Shown here: piece after piece, positions 20,630-29,467 of the stretch | How the letters are laid out: the number at the start of each line of letters is the position of its first letter | Position numbering within the stretch: the stretch's first letter is position 1 | From: Gammaproteobacteria bacterium | GTDB taxonomy: Bacteria; Pseudomonadota; Gammaproteobacteria; G965209235 | Assembly (NCBI GenBank): GCA_965209235.1 | Contig: OZ242382.1 | Location: 1,058,957 to 1,122,956, forward strand | Direction of reading: 5' to 3' | Length of the DNA: 64,000 nt | Position numbers and translations under genes: made by a program | The notes under the pieces: generated by a model | Told to the model about the DNA's origin: nothing | The model's input: only the letters and a program-made list of their open reading frames with translations | Databases searched by the model: none

Positions 20630-22567
20630 GTGAAATATCGCGCGGAAATTGATGGCTTGAGGGCGCTTGCTGTTGTGCCAGTGATACTATTCCACGCTGG
20701 ATTTGAGCTATTCAGTGGAGGCTTTGTTGGCGTCGATGTTTTCTTCGTTATTAGCGGCTATCTGATCACGACAATCCTTATCGATGACATAGAAAAGGAA
20801 CGTTTTAGTATCGTTAGCTTCTATGAGCGACGTGCGCGACGAATACTACCTGCACTATTTTTTGTCATGCTTGTCTGCGTGCCTTTCGCGTGGATTTGGA
20901 TGTTCCCCAGCCAGATGAAAGACTTTTCAACGAGCCTGGTTGCTGTCAGCTTGTTCGTGTCTAACATCTCGTTTTGGCAGGAAAGTGGTTACTTCAATCC
21001 TGCTGTTGATGCAAAGCCTTTGCTACATACTTGGAGTTTGGCCGTCGAGGAGCAATACTACGTGCTATTTCCTATCTTTCTTACGATGGCTTGGCGTTTC
21101 GGAAAGAGTAGAGTATTTTGGATGATTGTTGCTATGGGTGGCATCAGTCTCCTGTTAAGCGAATGGGGATGGCGAAATAAGTCGATTGCCAACTTCTATC
21201 TTGCACCGACACGAGCCTGGGAGTTGTTGGCTGGTTCAATAACAGCATTCATCGTGCAACACAAGGGTGTGAGGAAGAGTGACATATTAGCTCTTGTAGG
21301 CTTGGGTGCAATCGCATTTTCCATTCTTGCTTATGATAAACACACACCGTTCCCAAGTGTGTACGGCCTGGTTCCAGTTCTGGGTGTGGTACTGCTTGTT
21401 CTCTACGCTCACAAAGATACGCTGGTCGCCAAAATCCTTGGGTCAAAGGCGTTCGTTGGTGTTGGGCTGATCAGCTACTCTGCTTATCTATGGCATCAGC
21501 CGTTGTTTGCGTTTGCCCGGTTAAGAATGCATGAACCCGGAATGCTCACATTCATTTTGCTGAGTATCGCATCATTGCTACTGGCGATTGTTTCCTGGAA
21601 GTACGTGGAACGTCCGTTCAGGCGCAAGGACGGCTTGTTGTCCAGTAGGTCGCTAGTGTTCTACAGTTCAATTGCCGCGGTGGTGGCGTTTTCAGCGATT
21701 GGACTCATGGGTCGCATAAGCAATGGTTTTGAGAACGCGACAGAAGGTCGAAAACGTTTGGCAGATCTAGCAGCGCAGATAGAACCCAATCCAGGAATTA
21801 AATGGACATGTGCTGGATCGTTTGTCATCTCTGATGGCTGCTCTTCGGGCGATGGGCCCACTCTTCTGCTGTGGGGTGACAGTTTTGCAATGCATCTTTA
21901 CGAAGGTTTGAGGGCTAGCGCTCCTTCTTTGGGAATTATGCAAATTACGACAAATAGTTGTTCACCCATCCTCGGCATCTCAAGATTAAATCCATCCGGC
22001 GGAAATGGGTTGTCGTGGTCTAACCGATGCTTAGCATTTAATCAAGGAGCTTTCGAATGGTTAAAACGAAACAAAACTATTGATCTTGTTGTGATCTCGT
22101 CTCCATTTGGATGGGTTGGAACAGAAAGAACAATCAACTCCGATGGTGATGTTCTGGATCCGGATTTTGAGGTTGCACTTAGTGGCTTGTCACGAACAGT
22201 AAGGGCGATTGAGAATCTCGGAATTGAGGTAGTTGTTGTTTCAGCGTCACCAAAAAGCGGATTTGATGTGGGTCAATGTCTTATAAGAAGATATCAATTC
22301 AACTTGCGCGCTGGATGTGATTTTGAGTACGTTGAGTCAAGTTACAGGCATGATTTCTTTAGCGCTGTGGAGCAGAGTGTGCCGGTATACTGGCTTTACA
22401 AAGATCTTTGCACAGATGGCGTGTGTGAGGCAGAGAAAGGTAGTGTATTTATCTACAACGATGCTGTGCATTTAAGCAAGCAAGGCAGTGCTCTCATAGG
22501 TGCGTCGAACAATTGGTACGAGAGACTAAGAGAGTTAACGCTCAAAAGCAAGTTGCCGCAGAATTAG
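20630..22567 (+). CDS. OafA-type AT3-SGNH O-acyltransferase, copy 4 (AT-richer)
   Basis: 'KYRAEIDGLRALAV', 'HTWSLAVEEQYY'; SGNH motifs 'WGDSFA' and 'DAVH'. Codon usage is visibly more A/T-rich than copies 1-3. Confidence 0.92.
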   Translation: MKYRAEIDGLRALAVVPVILFHAGFELFSGGFVGVDVFFVISGYLITTILIDDIEKERFSIVSFYERRARRILPALFFVMLVCVPFAWIWMFPSQMKDFSTSLVAVSLFVSNISFWQESGYFNPAVDAKPLLHTWSLAVEEQYYVLFPIFLTMAWRFGKSRVFWMIVAMGGISLLLSEWGWRNKSIANFYLAPTRAWELLAGSITAFIVQHKGVRKSDILALVGLGAIAFSILAYDKHTPFPSVYGLVPVLGVVLLVLYAHKDTLVAKILGSKAFVGVGLISYSAYLWHQPLFAFARLRMHEPGMLTFILLSIASLLLAIVSWKYVERPFRRKDGLLSSRSLVFYSSIAAVVAFSAIGLMGRISNGFENATEGRKRLADLAAQIEPNPGIKWTCAGSFVISDGCSSGDGPTLLLWGDSFAMHLYEGLRASAPSLGIMQITTNSCSPILGISRLNPSGGNGLSWSNRCLAFNQGAFEWLKRNKTIDLVVISSPFGWVGTERTINSDGDVLDPDFEVALSGLSRTVRAIENLGIEVVVVSASPKSGFDVGQCLIRRYQFNLRAGCDFEYVESSYRHDFFSAVEQSVPVYWLYKDLCTDGVCEAEKGSVFIYNDAVHLSKQGSALIGASNNWYERLRELTLKSKLPQN

Positions 22568-23065
22568 GAAAGATGACTCAGCTCCTGACGTAAGAACGGG
22601 CTTTATCAACCTGATAGTGAGAGGCTATTGAAGATACTCTTCCGACACAAAGCATGCAACGTAACGGCTTGACAGAAACGGTGATAGAGAAAAGGAATGT
22701 TGCAGTTTCTCTCGTTTACCAACGGACGGCATACCTTTGTTTGACCGCTATTCCTCTAAGTATTTGTAGGTAACAGTTGGGTTGTCTGCTCCGCTAATCG
22801 AAGTTACCACTGGAAGGATGTAGTTGTAGTTTTTGGTGTTGAATGATACGTAAAAGCAACCACAGAAAATGTAGGATCTCTATTTGTAACACCAGCGTTC
22901 TATGAGAAATTGACAGCGATTCCTTACAGAACTTGCAGTGTGATGAAAAAGAATGTTTGATGCTGTCGACGCTGACCAGCAGTTGTTGTGTAACCAGTCT
23001 TAAGAATGATGTATAAAAATTATACGGCTAGATAATGGGAACCGTCCATAAAATGGCAGGTTGAA

Positions 23066-23698
23066 TCAATTGGATGCGGTTCTTAGTGTCTGTATAGCAT
23101 TCCCAAGCCTTTGAGTGTGAAATATGGCAGTTAAGGTTCCTTTGTTGTACGGCGTAGTTTGGGCCACGAGTGTATCGTGATTCAACAGTGAGTCGACGAA
23201 TCCAGAGACGTCACCATGGAGAAAAGTTGCTTGGCCATCTGTAGACAAGGACCAATGTCTCTCAACGGCTACTTCCTTGCCGACTCTTGTGGTAACCTTC
23301 GCTTCTCTTCTAAGATAGCTCCACCACACGATGATTAAATCGAGTTCGTTACGCTTACATCTTATGCTGAGAAATGGACTGCGGTTTAGCAAAGTATTAT
23401 TTTTAGATTCTGCGGGCAAACTTAAAATAACCAGTGCTGAGTCATCGATAAGGTCAGTTTCGACACTAACCCCCCATTTACCGAGTTCGTCAATCTGTGA
23501 TGCAACAACCTCATTTTCTTGGAGTGACAAAGTTCTCGCCGGAGCGTCGAAACATTGAATCTTCTGATCCGTGTCTTTGAGGGAAGAACAGGCCAGAAAT
23601 TCCGCATCAGAAATGGCTGCAAAACTGACTTCTACGGTTAGCATACAGGGTAGAATAATGAGGATCTCACGAATTATGATTAGCGTTGGTGACTTCAT
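23066..23698 (-). CDS. Exported protein resembling the TagO/VasI (T6SS-associated) family; possibly degenerating
   Basis: Signal-like N-terminus, then 'C....D..K.QCFD', 'GKW.V....D.IDDS..V.LSLPA', 'IRCK.NE', 'W..STD.QATF', 'LVAQ.TPY....TAIF'. This pattern was recalled for the family, not searched. Confidence 0.6.
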   Translation of the reverse strand: MKSPTLIIIREILIILPCMLTVEVSFAAISDAEFLACSSLKDTDQKIQCFDAPARTLSLQENEVVASQIDELGKWGVSVETDLIDDSALVILSLPAESKNNTLLNRSPFLSIRCKRNELDLIIVWWSYLRREAKVTTRVGKEVAVERHWSLSTDGQATFLHGDVSGFVDSLLNHDTLVAQTTPYNKGTLTAIFHTQRLGNAIQTLRTASN

Positions 23699-23916
23699 GA
23701 GAGGAGATCAGCCGTGAGGTAATTGTGATCTGCATTCCACTAACTTTCTTATTGCAAATGTTCGTGTAACCCTCGAGTGTGACTGTGTTGCGCAGGAATG
23801 ACTTCAGCTTATCTAAGTTTGTTCAGGGATTTGAAGCTTTACTTTGCTGAAGGCGTAGACCACAATTGATGGGGCTGTGATTTGGATATATCTAATAGGC
23901 GCCAACTAATGTCGTT

Positions 23917-24753
23917 TCAATACCAACCTCGTAGCCCGAGCAACACGGTGGTTTCATAGCTGTTAGTGTCGAACTCAAGGTTATCCAGATTTTGTGCGGG
24001 AAGTACGAGAGCGTGACGTATTCCCACATAAGGCGCAAATCGTGGCGTCACCTCGTAACGTAGGCGCATTCCAGCCTCTAGTTGAGTGATTCCGCGGATA
24101 ACGTCCTGCTCTTCTACGGCTTGGAGGGAGAGGTTGATTTCAGCCCGGAACTGCAGTATCAGTTGTTTTGAGTACGTCCACTCGTATTCAATCTCCGCTC
24201 TGCCAAACACGTCACCTCGGTGGCTGACGAACACCGCGACATCCACTTCCCACCAGTATGGCGCTAACCCGTGCACGCCAAACACGGCATAAGCGGTTCC
24301 GCGCGGTGAGACATCTTGGCGGTATCCCAGTTGAATGTCCCAATACGGTGAGATGGCGTGACTCCATAGCGCCTGAAGCTCCCCGTCTTCTAGCTCATCA
24401 GTGTCAAGATCGTACTCGCCTTCTGTTTTCCACAGGAACTTGTTGATGTCGCCTCCAACCCAACCTGAGGCATCCCACACGAACTCCGTACCGTCGTAAC
24501 CGCGAATCTCCGTGCGCTCAAACACGCTCAACCACCCCAGTGCAGATCCGTGGTGGTGTTGAAGTTGCTCGCGAGCGCGTCTCATCTCTTCGGGGTCATA
24601 GTGTTCGTCGGCCTGAGACCATGGTGGCTCGGCATCGGTGTCTTGACTATGAGCATGCTCGTCATCCGCTGCAGTAGCAACTGCCGGCAAGAGGGCGAGA
24701 GTGAGAAGCCATAGAACTGAGCGCGCGGCAATGGCTTGCATGAGCTCAGGCAC
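23917..24753 (-). CDS. copB: Copper resistance protein B (outer membrane)
   Basis: 'WDASGWVGGD.NK.LWKTEGE', 'LWSHAISPYWD.QLG.RQD', 'GLAPYWWEVD', terminal 'GLRGWY'. Confidence 0.92.
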   Translation of the reverse strand: MPELMQAIAARSVLWLLTLALLPAVATAADDEHAHSQDTDAEPPWSQADEHYDPEEMRRAREQLQHHHGSALGWLSVFERTEIRGYDGTEFVWDASGWVGGDINKFLWKTEGEYDLDTDELEDGELQALWSHAISPYWDIQLGYRQDVSPRGTAYAVFGVHGLAPYWWEVDVAVFVSHRGDVFGRAEIEYEWTYSKQLILQFRAEINLSLQAVEEQDVIRGITQLEAGMRLRYEVTPRFAPYVGIRHALVLPAQNLDNLEFDTNSYETTVLLGLRGWY

Positions 24754-26395
24754 TCGTGGGTTTGATGGAAACGACTTGCATCATCCCTGCAATCATGTGC
24801 ATTAACAAATGGCAGTGAAACGCCCAGTCTCCAATCGCATCGGCGGAAATGTCCACAGCGAGTTTTTCGCCAGGCTTCACAATGACGGTGTGTTTATGCG
24901 GCTTGTGGCTTCCGCCGCCGTTACACAGCTCAAAGAACATCCCATGCAAGTGGATGGGGTGACTCATCATGGTGTTGTTCACGAGCGTCATCCGGACTCT
25001 CTCGCCGTGATGTAACGCAATGGGCTCCGTTACTTCAGAAAAACGCACCCCGTTAAACGACCACATGTAGCGTTCCATGTTGCTGGTCAGGTGGACCTCA
25101 AGTTCCCGTGATGGCTCACGTTGGTCAGGATTGGGGTTCACGCTACGAAGTTGCGTGTATGTCAACACGCGGTGGTTCATGTCTTCAAGCCCAATCCCTG
25201 GTTCGTGGAGCCGGCTTTCAGGCGCCGTCGCGACATTGACCACTCCGGGGCCAATGACGATCCCCTTGGCGTTCTTGCGGCCGGCCGCGTGCCCGTGATG
25301 TGCGTGATGACCTGTGCCATGTCCCATGTCTCGCATGGTGAGAGTCGGCACTGGCCGCATCTGAGGCACCGTGGCAAGCGAGTCGACGGTCGGACCCAAC
25401 GTGGCGACCACTTGCCCGGAACGCTCAATGGCTTCAGCTACGAGCGCGTACGGCTTGGCAGTCGGCGGTTCGACCACCACGTCATAGGTTTCGGCGACGC
25501 CAATCTGAAACTCATCCGTCTCGACCGGCTGCACGTTTTGACCGTCTGACTGCACAACCGTCATTGGGAGACCAGGGATCCGAAAGTTAAAGATCGTCAT
25601 GGCTGAGGCGTTGATGATGCGTAGTCGCACGCGTTCCCCGACGTTGAAGATCGCATTCCATCCATCCTCAGTCGCGTGGCCATTGATCAGAAACCGATAG
25701 TCATTGCCGGCGATATCTGAGATATCTCGGGGTGACATCCGCATCTGACCCCACATAGTCATGTCAGGTAGTTCGCCGGCCAATCCTTGACCCACGGTGG
25801 CCGGCACCGAGTTGAATGCTTCCGGCATGCCTTTAAGCTGGCGGTACACCCGGTAGGGGTCTGCAAACATCCAGTCGGAGAGGACCAGCACGTACTCGCG
25901 ATCAGCCGTAATCGGATCGACACCGGCCGGATCAATAATCAGCGGTCCGTAGTGCCCAAGCTGTTCTTGCAGCCCGGAATGGGAGTGATACCAATAGGTT
26001 CCTGTTTGCTTGGCCTGAAACCGATAGGTAAACGTCTCATCGGGCGCAATTCCTGGAAATGAGACGCCAGGCACACCGTCCATGTAAAACGGAAGCAACA
26101 AGCCGTGCCAATGGATGGACGTGTCTTCGTCAAGCCGATTGGTGACTCGGATTTCAATGTCATCGCCTTCTGTCATGCGTAGCAACGGCGCGGGCAACAT
26201 GCCGTTGATCCCGATCGCCGCGCCCCGGCGCCCACCGATTGTGACTGGGAAGCGATCAATCGCCAGATCAAACCCTGTGTGGGCGGCTTGTCTGCGGCCG
26301 ACATTCCCCATCGATGATGACAGGGACCAACTTGGCATCATGCCAAGAGCTGTCGCTCCCAGCGCGGTTGCGAGGAAAGATCGTCTCGAAGTCAT
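24746..26395 (-). CDS. copA: CopA-family multicopper oxidase (Tat-exported)
   Basis: Tat signal 'SRRSFL'; Cu-binding motifs HWHG, WYHSH, HPIHLHG, HCHLLMHM; His-rich linker. Confidence 0.95.
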   Translation of the reverse strand: MTSRRSFLATALGATALGMMPSWSLSSSMGNVGRRQAAHTGFDLAIDRFPVTIGGRRGAAIGINGMLPAPLLRMTEGDDIEIRVTNRLDEDTSIHWHGLLLPFYMDGVPGVSFPGIAPDETFTYRFQAKQTGTYWYHSHSGLQEQLGHYGPLIIDPAGVDPITADREYVLVLSDWMFADPYRVYRQLKGMPEAFNSVPATVGQGLAGELPDMTMWGQMRMSPRDISDIAGNDYRFLINGHATEDGWNAIFNVGERVRLRIINASAMTIFNFRIPGLPMTVVQSDGQNVQPVETDEFQIGVAETYDVVVEPPTAKPYALVAEAIERSGQVVATLGPTVDSLATVPQMRPVPTLTMRDMGHGTGHHAHHGHAAGRKNAKGIVIGPGVVNVATAPESRLHEPGIGLEDMNHRVLTYTQLRSVNPNPDQREPSRELEVHLTSNMERYMWSFNGVRFSEVTEPIALHHGERVRMTLVNNTMMSHPIHLHGMFFELCNGGGSHKPHKHTVIVKPGEKLAVDISADAIGDWAFHCHLLMHMIAGMMQVVSIKPTSA

Positions 26396-26644
26396 GGTTG
26401 CCTCCCCACATCTCATGCCGAATCTGTGATGTCAGCGTTGTTGAACCTCATCTCGCGCCGATTTTGACCCCATTTCAGCGCGATCGTTCCCTCGTGTCGC
26501 GCGCGCCGGCGTGACCTGCTTGGCGTCTGAGGTGATGCGATCGGGCACCTTATGCTGACACATCACATTTCCTGTCATCCGTCTCGCTGATATAAAATCA
26601 CCGACCGACTGAAGAATGAGTGCATCATTTCGCATCGACCCGTC

Positions 26645-27067
26645 GTGCTACGGTCAGTGGCAGTGGCGCTGAGTTGCCTTGTGTCGTTCGCAAGCGCTCA
26701 ATCAACCAACAACGCAATCAGTTCTCTTGAGTATCAGGCGAGGCAAGGCGACCCGCATGCGCTTCTCGCTCTTGGGTTGCAACGCATCCGTGGCGGTGCC
26801 GTTCTTCGAAGCTATACCGATGGTGCATCCTTAGTGCAACGCGCCGCCTATCGCGGCCTTGCGGAAGCGCAATTTGAACTCGCACTTCTTCACCGTTCAG
26901 GTTCAGGTGTAGAGCAGAGCGTCAAAGAGGAGTTCATTTGGTTGGCCATTGCGGCTTCGCAAGGTCACCCCTATGCGGTCATAGAGCTCGACATGATGAT
27001 TTCCGGCGTTGATCGACCTCACCGGGAGCGATGGTTGCTGGAAGCGCGCGAGCGGATTTCGCAATAG
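26645..27067 (+). CDS. Secreted Sel1-repeat protein
   Basis: Signal peptide; 'AAYRGLAEAQFELALLH..G.GV' and 'W..IAASQG...A' Sel1-like repeats. Confidence 0.75.
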   Translation: MLRSVAVALSCLVSFASAQSTNNAISSLEYQARQGDPHALLALGLQRIRGGAVLRSYTDGASLVQRAAYRGLAEAQFELALLHRSGSGVEQSVKEEFIWLAIAASQGHPYAVIELDMMISGVDRPHRERWLLEARERISQ

Positions 27068-27080
27068 CCCTGTCAATCCC

Positions 27081-27941
27081 ATGACGACATTGCAAACCCT
27101 TTCACACGGCCGCTCGGTCGTGGTGTGCCGCCCGCCAGTTGATCCCAGGGGCATCGCGGTTCTTGCGTCTGTCAAGCAAGCACTGGAGAGCCATCAGGTC
27201 ACCGAATTGACGGACCTTGCCCAATTGCCGCACTGGATCATGGGACATGATGCGACGAGCAGTCTGGCGGTCATTGTCGGCGGTGATGGCATGATGTTAA
27301 GCGCAGCGCGGGTGGTGGCTGAGAATTCGTCGGCGCTGCCGATCTTGGGCATCAACACCGGTCAAGTCGGGTTCTTGTCTGACTGTTTGCCCGATGATGT
27401 GCCGCAGCTCAACGACGAAATATGTCAAGGTGAGTTTGTGGTCGAACAGCGCGATACGCTGGCTGTGTCGCTGCGTGACCACGTCTATTTGGCCGCCAAC
27501 GAAGCGCATTTCGGGACGCGAGACGCGGGCCGGATTATCAGCATCGTGGTGGAAGCTGATGACGCGCCGCTGTTTCGCTTACGCGCCGATGGAATCTTGG
27601 TATCGACGCCGACCGGATCCAGTGCGTATGCGCTGGCAGCCGGCGGGCCACTCGTTCATCCGTCAGTGGCAGCCTTTTCGGTGGTACCGATTTGTGCGCA
27701 AGTCTTGGGCGCTCGTCCTGTGGTTGTGGGGCGTGATACGCATCTATCGATCGCACAGCAAGAACACGAACGCGGGTATGCAGCCGCGTTGGTCATTGAT
27801 GGCCACAAAGTCGCCGATGTGGGACCCGATGACGTGGTGCGGATATCACGCGGAAATCCGTGGCATCTCGTTCGGCATAAATCGCGCGGTTTTTTTGAAA
27901 CCTGCCGGGTCAAACTCGGGTGGGCGGAGCGTCTACGCTAG
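27081..27941 (+). CDS. nadK: NAD(+) kinase
   Basis: 'VGGDGMML', 'GINTGQVGFL', 'ANE', 'ADGILVSTPTGSSAYALAAGGP'. Confidence 0.93.
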   Translation: MTTLQTLSHGRSVVVCRPPVDPRGIAVLASVKQALESHQVTELTDLAQLPHWIMGHDATSSLAVIVGGDGMMLSAARVVAENSSALPILGINTGQVGFLSDCLPDDVPQLNDEICQGEFVVEQRDTLAVSLRDHVYLAANEAHFGTRDAGRIISIVVEADDAPLFRLRADGILVSTPTGSSAYALAAGGPLVHPSVAAFSVVPICAQVLGARPVVVGRDTHLSIAQQEHERGYAAALVIDGHKVADVGPDDVVRISRGNPWHLVRHKSRGFFETCRVKLGWAERLR

Positions 27942-29467
27942 CGGTTGGCCCGCCACTTCTTCCACAATCCGGCAGCAGCCATGCGAAGCGCGCGACGAGT
28001 GGGGGCATTGAGATCGCCGCCAAATTGCGCTCGCTCCAGAATTTCTACAGCCCGCTTCGCATCGCCGTCCAACACTTGGGCGATGTCCCATAGGCCTGCA
28101 GACGAGTGAATCAACGCGCCTGACTTCGCAAACACGACAAACGCGTCACGGCACTGAGCGGGGTTACCGCGCCATGCCGCAAGCCACGCGCGCACGCCTT
28201 GCGACCAAGGCCAGTCAAAAATCCAAACGGCGCGTATCCACAGCACATGCGAGACCCAGCCCAAGATCACTAAGGCGGTCACGATCCACGGCGCGATCGA
28301 TGAGCGCGCCACCGTCGACGTTGTGGCGTCTGGCGTGAGGGTGTACGTCCCTGCTGTGGCTGGGAGCACCGTGACCACTGCCGGCGGCACTGTGGCCCAC
28401 CGGAGTGAGTCGCTGGCCGTATCCCACCATGGCACGCGCAGCGCGGGAATGGTCAGTTGACCCGGTTGGGTGGGAATGATGGTATGCACCGCATCACGGG
28501 TGGCTGAAATCGGATTCGTGGTCAAGTCACCCTGACTGTCTGACTGCACGACCGAGAACAAGGCGTTGTCTTGCGCGTCAGGCACGGGAATGTTGGGGAG
28601 CAGATCGCTGCGCGCGCCAAGGGCATGCAGCGAGACTTCTCGGGTGCGGGGCTCACCAACGCGCGGTGGTTCATCCGTTTGTTGCTCCTGCAGTTCCAGA
28701 TTGACGTCTTCGGCAATCAACCACGAATGGTCACGAGGAAAGTCATCGGGAATCGCCTTGACATCAAATTCTTGCTCGCCGAGCCGCAATGTCGAGGTTG
28801 GCCATGACCCAAACGTGTGTCCTTGCCCGGGCCGTAAGATCGTGATCGTCATGGGGCCGACGACTCGCTTGCCTGGCTCTTGAAAGACCAATCCAACGTG
28901 AAACTGATGCCGGGTCCATTCCCGACCATCATCATCTGTGAATCGCTCTGTCGTGCGGCGTTCTAGTGACGTCAGCGAGAGACCTAGCGTGGGGGTGATG
29001 TTGAACACCGGATTGCGAACGGGTCCCTGAGGCAGGGTGATCTGAATCGTCGCGGGCACGAATTGCTGCACGTACGGCGTGCGTGTATCGGCAATCAATT
29101 CAACGTATTCAGATCCCTTGGTGACAACGATCGGGACGGGAGCGGTCAACTGTCCATTAATGTTCAGCGGAGGCAGTTCGAGCGTACCGGTTCGCCGAGC
29201 AAACAGAGTGCGCGTCGTGGAATAAGTGCACGACCGAAAGGTGCACCGCTGCTGCTGATTGACCCCTGGCGCTACGGTAAAGGACTGGTCAAGCGGCGAG
29301 AGATCAAGATCATCAAGCTGCACGTCGGCCTGAATCGTGAGGCGAATGGGCTGGTCAAAAGTGACGCGGTCGGGCTCAACAGTCACGATGACGTTGGCGC
29401 GCGCGGTGGGAATCGCCGCCGCCACGAGGACAAGGGCCAACGCCCGTTTGATTAGCGCTCGGTACAT
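27938..29467 (-). CDS. BatD-family protein
   Basis: Signal peptide, Ig-like repeats with 'PG.LTIPAL.VPWWDT' and a C-terminal TM segment; last gene of the MoxR-vWA operon. Confidence 0.85.
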   Translation of the reverse strand: MYRALIKRALALVLVAAAIPTARANVIVTVEPDRVTFDQPIRLTIQADVQLDDLDLSPLDQSFTVAPGVNQQQRCTFRSCTYSTTRTLFARRTGTLELPPLNINGQLTAPVPIVVTKGSEYVELIADTRTPYVQQFVPATIQITLPQGPVRNPVFNITPTLGLSLTSLERRTTERFTDDDGREWTRHQFHVGLVFQEPGKRVVGPMTITILRPGQGHTFGSWPTSTLRLGEQEFDVKAIPDDFPRDHSWLIAEDVNLELQEQQTDEPPRVGEPRTREVSLHALGARSDLLPNIPVPDAQDNALFSVVQSDSQGDLTTNPISATRDAVHTIIPTQPGQLTIPALRVPWWDTASDSLRWATVPPAVVTVLPATAGTYTLTPDATTSTVARSSIAPWIVTALVILGWVSHVLWIRAVWIFDWPWSQGVRAWLAAWRGNPAQCRDAFVVFAKSGALIHSSAGLWDIAQVLDGDAKRAVEILERAQFGGDLNAPTRRALRMAAAGLWKKWRANR

